Shown here: in pieces, positions 9,254-18,700 of the stretch
Layout: each line of letters begins with the position of its first letter
Numbering within the stretch: the first letter of the stretch is position 1
Assembly: GCA_021158625.1 (NCBI GenBank)
Contig: JAGGUG010000044.1
Coordinates: 1 to 35,361, forward strand
Reading direction: 5' to 3'
DNA length: 35,361 bases
Source: Candidatus Omnitrophota bacterium
GTDB lineage: Bacteria > Omnitrophota > 4484-213
Translations under genes and position numbers: made by a program
The notes under the pieces: model-generated
What the model was told of the DNA's origin: nothing
Database searches by the model: none
What the model saw: the letters and a program-made list of their open reading frames with translations, nothing else

Positions 9254-10465
9254 ATGAAGACAATCTCTAAGAACATAGTCCCTCGAGGATTCAAATTTGC
9301 CGGAATACACTGCGGGATAAAGAGAAAAAAGAAAGATTTAGGGTTGATTTATTCCGATACTCCGGCAGTGGCGGCAGGTCTCTGGACTACTAACAAAATG
9401 CAGGCTGCGCCGATTCAGATATGCAAGAAAAATATCGAGAACAAGATTCAAGCAATAATTGTAAACAGTGGAAACGCCAATTGCGGTTTGCGCCAGGGGA
9501 GGAAAGATGCACTTTTGATAAACGAATGGGTTGGTCGAGAATTAGGGATTAACCAGGAATGTATTCTGCCTGCTTCTACAGGGATTATCGGTATTCCTCT
9601 GCCAATAGATAAGATAAAAAAGAGGGTTTCCTTTTTGGTTAGAGAGTTAAAAGAGGAGAGCGATGATTTTGCCGAGGCAATTCTGACCACCGATAAAGTG
9701 AGCAAACAGGTGGCTTTGGAATTGAAAATAGGGGGTAAAGAGGTTATAATCAGCGGAGTAGCCAAAGGGTCAGGGATGATTTCACCAAAAATGGCAACAA
9801 TGCTCTGTTTTGTTACTACCGATATTGATATTGATAAAGCGCTCCTTAAGGATTGCTTAAAAAAGGCCGTAGAGAATTCATTCAATCAGATTACTATTGA
9901 CGGCGAGATGAGCACCAATGATACAGTCTTATGTCTGGCAAATGGGAGAGCGGGGAATAATAAGCTTCAAGCTGCAGGCCTCAGGCTGCAGGCTGAAAAA
10001 GAAGAAAATAGAAATTTAGAAAAGTTTCAAGAGGGTTTAAATTATGTCACTGCTTATTTGGCAAAGGAGATTGTCAAGGATGGAGAAGGGGCAACTAAGC
10101 TTATTGAAATAGAGGTTCAGGGAGCAAAAAAAGAGGGAGATGCCGAGAAGGTTGCCCGCCGAATTGCCAACTCCAATCTGATTAAAGCAATGTTCTACGG
10201 CGAAAGCACTAATTACGGCAGAATAGCCGCGGCTATCGGCGCTACCGGCGTTGATTTAAAAAATGTGGATATTCATTTAGTCGGCAATAAAAGTAAAATA
10301 AAGATTTTTAAACAAGGATACTTTATAAATGTAGACGAAGGACTCTTAAAAAAAATCTTAGAAGAAAAGGAAATGAAACTAAAGGTAGATTTAAACAAAG
10401 GGAATTTTTCTGAGAAACTCTTGACCTGCGATTTATCCGAGGAGTATGTAAGAATAAATAAATGA
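9254..10465 (+). CDS. argJ: Bifunctional ornithine acetyltransferase / N-acetylglutamate synthase
   Basis: NSGNANC, STGIIG, ILTTD, AKGSGMISPKMATML, STNDT and VKDGEGATK motifs. Confidence 0.96.
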   Translation: MKTISKNIVPRGFKFAGIHCGIKRKKKDLGLIYSDTPAVAAGLWTTNKMQAAPIQICKKNIENKIQAIIVNSGNANCGLRQGRKDALLINEWVGRELGINQECILPASTGIIGIPLPIDKIKKRVSFLVRELKEESDDFAEAILTTDKVSKQVALELKIGGKEVIISGVAKGSGMISPKMATMLCFVTTDIDIDKALLKDCLKKAVENSFNQITIDGEMSTNDTVLCLANGRAGNNKLQAAGLRLQAEKEENRNLEKFQEGLNYVTAYLAKEIVKDGEGATKLIEIEVQGAKKEGDAEKVARRIANSNLIKAMFYGESTNYGRIAAAIGATGVDLKNVDIHLVGNKSKIKIFKQGYFINVDEGLLKKILEEKEMKLKVDLNKGNFSEKLLTCDLSEEYVRINK

Positions 10466-10516
10466 AACTTGGCTTTGCGGAGCAGGAAGTGCTTCGCAAA
10501 TTTGTTAGTTGAATTT

Positions 10517-10616
10517 CCCAGCACTAATTTTCATAGAAAGCAGTGATTATTTTGTCTAAGGTTATAATTCTGTTCAATTCATAGATTAATCTTGTGTCTC
10601 AAAAATTAGTGCTGGG
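10517..10616. repeat. CCCAGCACTAATTTT...AAAATTAGTGCTGGG inverted-repeat element, copy 2
   Basis: Perfect 15-bp IR around a 70-nt AT-rich interior. Confidence 0.85.
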
Positions 10617-10703
10617 TTCCTTGTCTGCCAAAGTCTTGGCGACGGCGGAAATGCGCACAGCAACTTACGTTCACTATTGTTCCGTAAGTTATGAACTTAT
10701 TGA

Positions 10704-11543
10704 ATGAAAAAAATAATTGAAAAAGCCGATGTCTTGATCGAAGCCCTGCCCTATATCAAAAACTTTCGCAACAAAATCTTTGTGGTAAAGTATGGTGGTA
10801 GCGCAATGATGGATAGGGAAAGAGGAAAAACCATTTTACAGGATATTGTGTTTATGAACTATGTGGGTATAAAGGTAATGGTAGTTCACGGTGGTGGGTA
10901 TTTTATCAATCAGAGTTTAAAGAAGAAAGGTAAGCAGTCTAAATTTGCTAACGGATTAAGAGTGACAGACAGGGAGACAATAGAGACAGTGATTTCTACC
11001 CTAAGGAAATTAAACGAGCAGATTGTGGAAGAAATTAAGGGATTAGGAGGAGAATCGGTGGGGGTAAATGGCGAAGATGTTTTTAGAGTGAGTCCCCACA
11101 GGGCAGAGATTGGTTTTGTAGGAGAAGTAGAATCTGTAGATAGCCACGAGATAAACAAACTTTTGGAAGAGAAGAAAATTCCGGTAATTTCTCCCTTAGG
11201 AAAGAATAGCCAGGATGTTTACAATATTAACGCCGACCAGGCCGCTGCTGAGATTAGCTTAGAGCTCAGAGCAGAGAAATTAGTCCTGCTCACCGATGTG
11301 CTCGGGATTTTAGCCGAAGAGAATAAAGAAAGTTCTTTAATCTCCACACTCCATATTAAAGAGGTAAACAGTTTAATTAAAAGAGAAATTGTTACCGGTG
11401 GGATGGTTCCCAAGGTTCAGGCTGGTGTGAAAGCCTTGCAGCACAAGGTAAATAAGGTGCATATTATTGATGGCAGGATAAAACACTCTCTACTTTTGGA
11501 GATATTTACTGACCAGGGAATTGGGACGGAGATAGTAAAATAG
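10704..11543 (+). CDS. argB: Acetylglutamate kinase
   Basis: EALPYI, VVKYGGSAM, VHGGG, GLRVTD, YNINAD, GGMVPK and LLLEIFTDQGIGT motifs. Confidence 0.97.
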   Translation: MKKIIEKADVLIEALPYIKNFRNKIFVVKYGGSAMMDRERGKTILQDIVFMNYVGIKVMVVHGGGYFINQSLKKKGKQSKFANGLRVTDRETIETVISTLRKLNEQIVEEIKGLGGESVGVNGEDVFRVSPHRAEIGFVGEVESVDSHEINKLLEEKKIPVISPLGKNSQDVYNINADQAAAEISLELRAEKLVLLTDVLGILAEENKESSLISTLHIKEVNSLIKREIVTGGMVPKVQAGVKALQHKVNKVHIIDGRIKHSLLLEIFTDQGIGTEIVK

Positions 11544-11613
11544 TTGCCAGTCACCAGTCTCCAGTTACCAGTGGTTTTTCTGGTGACTTGGTGACCTGGT
11601 AACTGGTGACCTG
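11542..11613. repeat. Two-armed heptamer repeat scar (GTCACCA ... TGGTGAC)
   Basis: agttgccagtcaccagtctccagttaccagt / ctggtgacttggtgacctggtaactggtgacctg; same family as 3722-3794. Confidence 0.85.
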
Positions 11614-11618
11614 ATGTT

Positions 11619-12797
11619 ATGACTACCAAAGAAATCGCCAAACTATATGAAAAGTATGTCCTTCCTACCTATAGCCATCTTCCTTTGGCTTTGGTAAAGG
11701 GAAAAGGGGTTAAGGTCTGGGATGTCCATCAAAGAAAGTATCTTGATTTTTTTTCGGGCTGGGGAGTAAGTAATTTAGGACATTGTCACCCAAGAGTTGT
11801 AAACGCTCTCAAAGACCAGGCAAGAAAACTTCTTCACATTCCCAACAATTACTATGGCCTCTTGCAGGCAAGGTTAGCCCGGGAGATTTCTGAGGCTTCT
11901 TTTGGCGGCAAGGTCTTCTTCTGCAACAGCGGCGCAGAGGCAAACGAAGCGGCGATTAAATTTGCCCGTAAATATGGTAGAGGAGAGAGATATGAGATTA
12001 TCTCAATGCTCAAATCTTTTCACGGAAGAACGCTCGCAACTCTAACCCTGACCGGTCAGGAGAAATATCACTTAGGATATAAACCTTTGCCCAGCGGATT
12101 TAGATATGTTCCTTTTAATGATATCAAAGCAGCTAAGGAGGCAATAAATGAAAAGACAATTGCCATAATCTTAGAGCTCATTCAAGGAGAAGGAGGGGTA
12201 AATATTGCTGATGAGGATTATATAAAAGAATTGCGTCAGATTTGCAGCGAGAAGGATATTTTGTTAATTTTTGACGAAGTGCAAACAGGGATAGGAAGAA
12301 CCGGAAGATTGTTTTGTTATCAACATTACGAAGTAAAGCCGGATGTTATGCTTTTAGCAAAGGGCTTGGGGGGTGGTGTTCCCATTGGAGCAATAGTGGT
12401 AAAAAAGGAGCTCGCCGATATCTTTTCGCCGCATTCGCACGCCTCTACTTTTGGCGGGAATCCCCTGGTATGCAAAGCCGCCTTAGCCGTATTTAAAGCA
12501 ATTAAAAAGGAAAAATTATTAAAAAATGCCGTAGAGATGGGTGCTTATCTAAGAGAAAAATTAGAAGGTTTAAAAAAGAAATATTCTTTTATTAAAGAGG
12601 TTCGCGGGAAGGGCTTGATGTGGGCTGTAGAGTTAAGTATTGAGGGAGGAGAAATTGTCCGGGCCTGCCTTGAGAAGGGCTTGCTTATTAATTGCACCCA
12701 AGATAAAATTTTAAGAATTATGCCTCCCTTGGTGATAAAGAAAAAAGATATTGATAAAGGGCTCGGGATTTTGGATGAAGTCTTAGCAGCTTCTTAG
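11619..12797 (+). CDS. argD: Acetylornithine aminotransferase
   Basis: NSGAEANE, SFHGRT, IQGEGG, FDEVQTG, AKGLGGG and STFGGNP motifs; arg cluster context. Confidence 0.95.
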   Translation: MTTKEIAKLYEKYVLPTYSHLPLALVKGKGVKVWDVHQRKYLDFFSGWGVSNLGHCHPRVVNALKDQARKLLHIPNNYYGLLQARLAREISEASFGGKVFFCNSGAEANEAAIKFARKYGRGERYEIISMLKSFHGRTLATLTLTGQEKYHLGYKPLPSGFRYVPFNDIKAAKEAINEKTIAIILELIQGEGGVNIADEDYIKELRQICSEKDILLIFDEVQTGIGRTGRLFCYQHYEVKPDVMLLAKGLGGGVPIGAIVVKKELADIFSPHSHASTFGGNPLVCKAALAVFKAIKKEKLLKNAVEMGAYLREKLEGLKKKYSFIKEVRGKGLMWAVELSIEGGEIVRACLEKGLLINCTQDKILRIMPPLVIKKKDIDKGLGILDEVLAAS

Positions 12798-12832
12798 CGA
12801 CAAAAATCGAGCCTTTATCCTCCGGGGGTCCT

Positions 12833-13717
12833 ATGAAAAATCTAATTTCTATAAAAGATTTAAGCATTGAGGAAATAGAAAAGATTTTCTCTCTGGCCAA
12901 TGAGATAAAGAAAAAGCCGCACAAATTTAGCCGGTATCTCAAGGGAAAGTCTTTTGCCCTTATTTTTCATAAGCCCTCTTTGAGAACACGGGTGTCCTTT
13001 GAGACCGGGATTTTTCAATTGGGGGCAAAGGCAGTTTACTTAGAGGAAGAGATTGGATTTTCTAAAAGAGAACCGGTGAAGGATATCGCCCGGGTTTTAT
13101 CGCGCTATGTAGATGGGGTTATTATTAGAACATTTTCGCATCAGCTCCTTCTTGATTTTGCTAAGTATAGCACTGCGGCGGTAATAAACGCCCTTACCGA
13201 TTCATTCCACCCCTGCCAGGTTCTCTCAGACCTTTGGACTATCAGAGAAAAAAAAGGTGAATTAAGGAAGGTAAAGATTGCCTATGTTGGCGATGGGAAT
13301 AATGTTTGCAATTCTCTGATTTATGGTTGCCTCAAGACAAAGGCGAATTTACGGATTGCTACTCCTGCGGGATATGAACCGAGGATATCAATCCCCGCTC
13401 AGAACTTAGAAATTAGAATTATGAATGACCCTGAGGAGGCAGTGAAGGATGCCGATATTATCTATACCGATGTCTGGACAAGTATGGGGGAAGAAGGAAG
13501 AGAGGATCGCAAAGAGATTTTTCAAAATTTTCAGGTAAGTAAAAGATTGGTTAATTATGCAAAGCCGGACTGCTTGATTATGCACTGCCTACCTGCCCAT
13601 CGGGGAGAGGAAATCACTGATGAGGTAATTGAGGGGAGAAACTCTATTGTTTTTGAGCAGGCAGAGAATCGCCTTTATGTCCAGAAGGCAATATTAATTT
13701 CATTAGACATACTATAA
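12833..13717 (+). CDS. argF: Ornithine carbamoyltransferase
   Basis: KPSLRTRVSF, HPCQ, GDGNNV, TDVWTSMG, MHCLPAHRG and QAENR motifs. Confidence 0.96.
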   Translation: MKNLISIKDLSIEEIEKIFSLANEIKKKPHKFSRYLKGKSFALIFHKPSLRTRVSFETGIFQLGAKAVYLEEEIGFSKREPVKDIARVLSRYVDGVIIRTFSHQLLLDFAKYSTAAVINALTDSFHPCQVLSDLWTIREKKGELRKVKIAYVGDGNNVCNSLIYGCLKTKANLRIATPAGYEPRISIPAQNLEIRIMNDPEEAVKDADIIYTDVWTSMGEEGREDRKEIFQNFQVSKRLVNYAKPDCLIMHCLPAHRGEEITDEVIEGRNSIVFEQAENRLYVQKAILISLDIL

Positions 13718-13766
13718 AAAATAGGTATGTCCGATGAGATAATCGAAGATTATATCAGGAGAACAG

Positions 13767-14918
13767 ATGAAGAAAGTAGTTTTAGCCTATTCTGGCGGTT
13801 TGGATACCTGTGTCTCTATAAGATGGCTTAGAGATAAGGGCTATGATGTCCTTGCTCTCCTTGCCGATTTAGGACAGAAAGCCAATTTCGAGCTCCTCAA
13901 AAAGAGGGCAATCTCGGCCGGGGCAGAAAAGGTTTATGTCTCTGATTTAAAGAAGGAATTTGTCCAGGATTTTATCCTGCCCAGTTTAAAGGCAGAAGCG
14001 GTTTATGAGGATTATCTTTTAACCACCGCTTTAGGGAGACCTCTAATTGCCAAAGAGGTTGTTAAAATTGCCCACAAAGAAAGAGCAGACTATGTTGCCC
14101 ACGGATGCACCGGGAGAGGAAATGACCAGGTTCGCTTTGAACTCTCCTATAAGATGTTAGACCCTCGTTTAAAGGTTATTGCCCCCTTGCGCGAATGGGA
14201 ATTTAACTCAAGAGAAGAAGAGATTGAGTATGCTAAAAAGAATGGTATTAGTTTGGATCTTAAAAAGAGTGTCTATAGCATTGATGAAAATCTCTGGGGG
14301 GTGAGTATTGAATGCGGAGAATTAGAGGACCCCTATAATGAGCCATCTGCCAATGCCTGGCAGATTGGTGCTCTGAGAGAGATTTCCAAACCTACTTATC
14401 TGGAGATTTATTTTGATAGAGGTATTCCGACTGACCTGAATAATAAAAGGATAGATACCCAGGAGCTAATTGTCAGGCTAAATAAAATAGGTGGAAAATA
14501 CGCTATTGGCAGAAAGGACTTGATTGAAGACAGAATTGTGGGAATTAAATCCCGCGAGCTCTATGAAGCCCCGGCAGCAGAGATTCTTTACAAAGCCCAT
14601 CACGCTTTAGAGAGCCTGATTTTGGATAAACAAACCCTGAATTTCAAGCACCTGATTTCTTTGAAATATGGCGAACTTATTTATAGTGGACTGTGGTTTT
14701 CTACCCTAAGAGAAGCATTAAGCAGATTTGTTGATTTTACCCAGGAGAAGGTGCAAGGGACTGTTCGGATAAAGCTCTCCCCGGGAAATTGCGAGATAGT
14801 CGGTAGGAAATCAAGATATGCTTTGTATAAAAAGGAATTGGCTACCTATGGCAAAGACAGCAAATTTGACCAGAAGGCCGCTGAGGGATTGATAAAGATT
14901 TTGGGAATGGGATATTAG
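13767..14918 (+). CDS. argG: Argininosuccinate synthase
   Basis: LAYSGGLDT, HGCTGRGNDQVRFE, YSIDENLWG and KSRELYEAP motifs. Confidence 0.97.
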   Translation: MKKVVLAYSGGLDTCVSIRWLRDKGYDVLALLADLGQKANFELLKKRAISAGAEKVYVSDLKKEFVQDFILPSLKAEAVYEDYLLTTALGRPLIAKEVVKIAHKERADYVAHGCTGRGNDQVRFELSYKMLDPRLKVIAPLREWEFNSREEEIEYAKKNGISLDLKKSVYSIDENLWGVSIECGELEDPYNEPSANAWQIGALREISKPTYLEIYFDRGIPTDLNNKRIDTQELIVRLNKIGGKYAIGRKDLIEDRIVGIKSRELYEAPAAEILYKAHHALESLILDKQTLNFKHLISLKYGELIYSGLWFSTLREALSRFVDFTQEKVQGTVRIKLSPGNCEIVGRKSRYALYKKELATYGKDSKFDQKAAEGLIKILGMGY

Positions 14919-14978
14919 GAAAGTTGACAGTAGGCAGTTGGTAGTAGGTAACTGTAGATTGACTTCCGGAGGCACAAA

Positions 14979-16361
14979 ATGACTACAAAAAAAATGTGGG
15001 GCGGGAGGTTTAAAAAAAAGACCGATTCGGATGTAGAAAGGTTTACTAAATCAATAGATTATGATTATAAATTAGCTAAATATGATGTATATGGTTCTTT
15101 GTTGCATGTATTCGTATTAAATGCGTGTGGATTTTTAACAAAGGAAGAGGAAAAAAGTATGTCTAATGCTCTTCGTAAGATATATAATGATATTGTAAGT
15201 GGGAAGTTTAAGTATAATAAAAGGAGTGAAGATATTCATACTGATATTCAAAATAAAGTAGAGAAAGAAGTTGGTCCTTTATCTCTGAAACTGCATACAG
15301 CAAGGTCAAGGAATGACCAGGTTCTTTTTGATTTAAAGCTTTTTTGCAGAGATGAATTACTTTATGTTGGGAAATTATGCAAAGAATTGCAGAATTCTAT
15401 ATTGGAAATTTGCGAAGAACATAAAGAAACATTTATTCCCGGCTATACGCATTTGCAGCATGCCCAGATTGTTCGTTTAAAAGATTATTTAGGAAGCTAC
15501 GCCGAGATGTTCAAAAGGGATCTGGATAGATTAGATAATACGAGAGAAAGAATAAGATTGACTTTGGGTTCGGGGGCCCTTGCCGGCACGCCTATTGGTT
15601 CTACTTTGTATCAGGAAATGGCGAAAAAATTTGTTCGGGAACATAAAGAGTTAAAAGAAATTTTCAGCACAGAACATATTGACAAAGTTTCAAATACATT
15701 GGATACGGTTAGCGATAGAGATTTTGTTATTGAAGTTTTATCGGTATTATCAATAATGGGTATGCATTTATCAAGATTTGCCGAGGACCTAATTATTTGG
15801 TCAACAAAGGAATTTGGTTTTGTGGAGATTGATGACGCCTTTGCTACCGGGAGTTCTCTGATGCCCCAGAAGAAAAATCCGGATGTTCTTGAATTAATAA
15901 GGGCCTATACTGGAACCCTGTATGGCAATCTAATGAGCGTTTTGACAATGATGAAAGGACTGCCGCTTACTTATAACCGGGATATGCAGTTGGATAAACC
16001 GCCATTGTTTAGTTCATTTGAAATAATAGAACAAGAGTTAAAAATTTTCCCCAAGCTTATAAAAACACTAAAGTGGAATAAAAAAACTATTGAAAAGGCA
16101 ATAGAAAACGATGAAACCCTGTATGCTACAGACCTTGTTTATTATCTTATCAAAAAGGGTATTGCGTTTAAGCAGGCGCACGACATTATTGGAAAATTGA
16201 TTAAATTTTCTTTAGATAGCAGCAGAAAGATAAAGGAAATGAGCAATATAGAGTTAAAGAGATTTTCTGACAGATTGAAACAGGAAGAGATAGTTAAATT
16301 GCTGGATCCTGAGACATCGGTTAAATCAAGAGAATCGGTTGTTAGAACAAGCAATGTCTAA
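14979..16361 (+). CDS. argH: Argininosuccinate lyase
   Basis: WGGRF, LHTARSRNDQ, PGYTHLQHAQ, GSSLMPQKKNPD and KGLPLTYNRDMQ motifs. Confidence 0.97.
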   Translation: MTTKKMWGGRFKKKTDSDVERFTKSIDYDYKLAKYDVYGSLLHVFVLNACGFLTKEEEKSMSNALRKIYNDIVSGKFKYNKRSEDIHTDIQNKVEKEVGPLSLKLHTARSRNDQVLFDLKLFCRDELLYVGKLCKELQNSILEICEEHKETFIPGYTHLQHAQIVRLKDYLGSYAEMFKRDLDRLDNTRERIRLTLGSGALAGTPIGSTLYQEMAKKFVREHKELKEIFSTEHIDKVSNTLDTVSDRDFVIEVLSVLSIMGMHLSRFAEDLIIWSTKEFGFVEIDDAFATGSSLMPQKKNPDVLELIRAYTGTLYGNLMSVLTMMKGLPLTYNRDMQLDKPPLFSSFEIIEQELKIFPKLIKTLKWNKKTIEKAIENDETLYATDLVYYLIKKGIAFKQAHDIIGKLIKFSLDSSRKIKEMSNIELKRFSDRLKQEEIVKLLDPETSVKSRESVVRTSNV

Positions 16362-17673
16362 TTTTAAATACAAAAGAAATCAACTATACTGCGAGGCTGT
16401 TCCTCTAAAGCAGATTGCTGAGAGCGCAGGGACACCTGTTTATATCTATAGCTATCAAAGTTTAGTTGGTAGATATAAGGAGTTAAAACAAGCATTTGCT
16501 TCTGCTCATCCACTTATCTGCTTTTCGGTAAAAGCAAATTCCAATCTAACAATTTGCAAGGTGCTTAGCGAGCAAGGAGCAGGTCTGGATATTGTTTCCG
16601 GGGGCGAACTTTATCGAGCAAAAAAAATCAAAGTCGATCCCAAAAAGATTGTTTTTGCCGGTGCAGGAAAAACAGAAGAAGAGATAAGAGAGGCGATTAA
16701 AGCAAAGATTTTGCTTATCAATGCCGAATCAGAACAAGAAGTAGAAGAGATTGATAGGATTGCCGGCGAATTAGGAAGGAAGATACGGGTTGGCTTACGG
16801 ATAAATCCTGATGTTCCCGGCGGAGGGCATCGCTATATTCAGACAGCCAAAGAAGAGAATAAATTCGGGATTTCCTTAAAAGAAGCAAAAGAGCTCTTTT
16901 TAAAGAAAGAGAAATTTTCCCATCTGAATATTTGCGGAATTCATTTTCATTTGGGTTCACAGATAACTACACCTCAGCCTTTTGTGAGAGCATTAAAAAA
17001 AATTGTTCCTTTAATCCAGGAACTCAAAAAGAAAGGAGTAGAGATAAGTTATTTAGACATTGGCGGCGGATTTTTTGGAGTGGCTAATAAATTTGCTCGG
17101 GCGATTCTGCCTTTGGTAAAAGGCTTAGAGATAAACCCCGTTAGAAGTAAGTCCCGATTTATGGGGACTGCTCCGGCTGAACATCAGGGGACTTCTAACG
17201 GGGTAAAATTAATATTAGAACCGGGGAGATTCTTGACAGCCGAAAGCGGGATTTTGCTGACCAAGGTGCTTTATATTAAGAAAAGAGAAGAGGGCAAAAG
17301 ATTTATTATTGTAGACGCCGGAATGAACGACTTTATTCGCCCTGCTTTGTATAACGCGTATCACGAGGTTATCCCTGTTGTCCGAAAACCGCTCAACCCT
17401 CAACCCTCAACCCTCAGCGATGTTGTCGGGCCGGTTTGTGAAAGTGGAGATTTCTTTGCCAAAGACAGAAATTTACCTTTGCTAAAAAGCGGAGACTTTT
17501 TGGCAGTAATGGAGAGTGGAGCCTATGGATTTGTAATGGCTTCTAATTACAACTCCCGTCCCCGCCCGGCTGAAATTTTAGTAAAAGAAGATAAATTTTA
17601 TCTGATTCGGGAAAGAGAAAGATATAGAGATTTAATCCGTGGAGAGTTAACTATGGAGGGTAGCCCTCCATAG
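16354..17673 (+). CDS. lysA: Diaminopimelate decarboxylase with two in-frame repeat inserts
   Basis: SVKANSN, DIVSGGEL, KFGI, HFHLGSQ, EPGR, GPVCESGD and MASNYNSRPR motifs; likely ATG 16354 overlaps the argH stop. Confidence 0.96.
   Translation: MSNFKYKRNQLYCEAVPLKQIAESAGTPVYIYSYQSLVGRYKELKQAFASAHPLICFSVKANSNLTICKVLSEQGAGLDIVSGGELYRAKKIKVDPKKIVFAGAGKTEEEIREAIKAKILLINAESEQEVEEIDRIAGELGRKIRVGLRINPDVPGGGHRYIQTAKEENKFGISLKEAKELFLKKEKFSHLNICGIHFHLGSQITTPQPFVRALKKIVPLIQELKKKGVEISYLDIGGGFFGVANKFARAILPLVKGLEINPVRSKSRFMGTAPAEHQGTSNGVKLILEPGRFLTAESGILLTKVLYIKKREEGKRFIIVDAGMNDFIRPALYNAYHEVIPVVRKPLNPQPSTLSDVVGPVCESGDFFAKDRNLPLLKSGDFLAVMESGAYGFVMASNYNSRPRPAEILVKEDKFYLIRERERYRDLIRGELTMEGSPP
17136..17203. 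mobile_element. In-frame CCCCGTTAGAAGT...ACTTCTAACGGGG element in lysA
   Basis: Perfect 13-bp IR flanked by TAAA on both sides; encodes PVRSKSRFMGTAPAEHQGTSNGV. Confidence 0.88.
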
Positions 17674-17684
17674 TTAATTAAGAA

Positions 17685-18674
17685 ATGCAGAGAATAAATT
17701 TCGTAAAAGCAGTTGCTTCGGGGAATGATTTTATAATTATTGATGCTACTCGCTACCCGCTACCCGCTACCCGTCTTTATAAAAAACTTGCTAAAGAACT
17801 TTGTAAAAGGAAATTTGGAATTGGCGCAGATGGACTCTTATTAGTTGAGCCCTCTCAGAAGGCAGATTTCAGGATGCGCATTTTTAATCCTGACGGCAGC
17901 GAAGCCGAGATGTGCGGGAATGGAGCGCGCTGTGCGGCACTACACGCTACACGCAAAAGAACACAAGAAAAAAAAATAAAAATAGAGACGAAGGCAGGAA
18001 TTGTAGAGGCGGAAATTCAAACCCGCTACCCGCAAAATATAAAGATAAAAATGCCGCAACCTAAAAATTTTAAACTTGATATTCCTCTAAAAATTGACAA
18101 CAAAAGCATATCAGTGAGTTTTGTTAATCTCGGTGTCCCACACGCAGTCGTCTTTGTTAAAAATTTAGAAAAAGTTGATGTTCAGAATTTGGGCAGAAAG
18201 ATTCGCGAGCATCAAGAATTTCAGCCCGAGGGAACAAATGTTAATTTCGTCCAGGTATTGACTGGCGAGACTGTCCGCATCAGGACTTACGAGCGTGGCG
18301 TAGAGGAGGAGACGCTTTCTTGCGGCACGGGGAGCGTAGCCGCTGCGATTATCGCAGAGCGCAAAGCGCAGAGCACAAAGCGCAAACTACCCCGAACAGC
18401 CCCGAACAGCCCCGAAGGGCAAGCCTACGGGGCAGGCAAGACTACGGGACAGGCAGAGCACAAAATCAACCCCGTGGGAAATTTTGCTAAGAACTCTCTG
18501 AATTCCAAAGGTGTATCTCACATAGCAAAGGTGATTTCTAAGAGGGTCAATGTGCACACACAAGGAGAAATATTAAAGGTTTATCTCGATGAGCAATTGA
18601 AGGATGTGTATTTAGAAGGAGAGGCGAGGATTATTTATTTTGGCAGTATAGTTAACGCAACAAAACAAGTCTGA
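17685..18674 (+). CDS. dapF: Diaminopimelate epimerase with multiple in-frame repeat inserts
   Basis: GNDF, GIGADG, NPDGSEAEMCGNG, GVPH, GTNVNF and YERGVEEETLSCGTG motifs. Confidence 0.96.
   Translation: MQRINFVKAVASGNDFIIIDATRYPLPATRLYKKLAKELCKRKFGIGADGLLLVEPSQKADFRMRIFNPDGSEAEMCGNGARCAALHATRKRTQEKKIKIETKAGIVEAEIQTRYPQNIKIKMPQPKNFKLDIPLKIDNKSISVSFVNLGVPHAVVFVKNLEKVDVQNLGRKIREHQEFQPEGTNVNFVQVLTGETVRIRTYERGVEEETLSCGTGSVAAAIIAERKAQSTKRKLPRTAPNSPEGQAYGAGKTTGQAEHKINPVGNFAKNSLNSKGVSHIAKVISKRVNVHTQGEILKVYLDEQLKDVYLEGEARIIYFGSIVNATKQV
18470..18546. mobile_element. Degenerate in-frame CCCCGT...GGG element in dapF
   Basis: ccccgtgggaaat ... atttctaagaggg flanked by TCAA on both sides; encodes PVGNFAK...ISKRV. 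Confidence 0.7.
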
Positions 18675-18700
18675 CTTAAAATGTTACATTAAATAGTAAA

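Noticed and set aside
17062-17100. lysA as a pseudogene because the loop after DIGGG is short
   Set aside because: The frame is intact and the PLP lysine, HxGSQ, EPGR and CESGD motifs are all retained.
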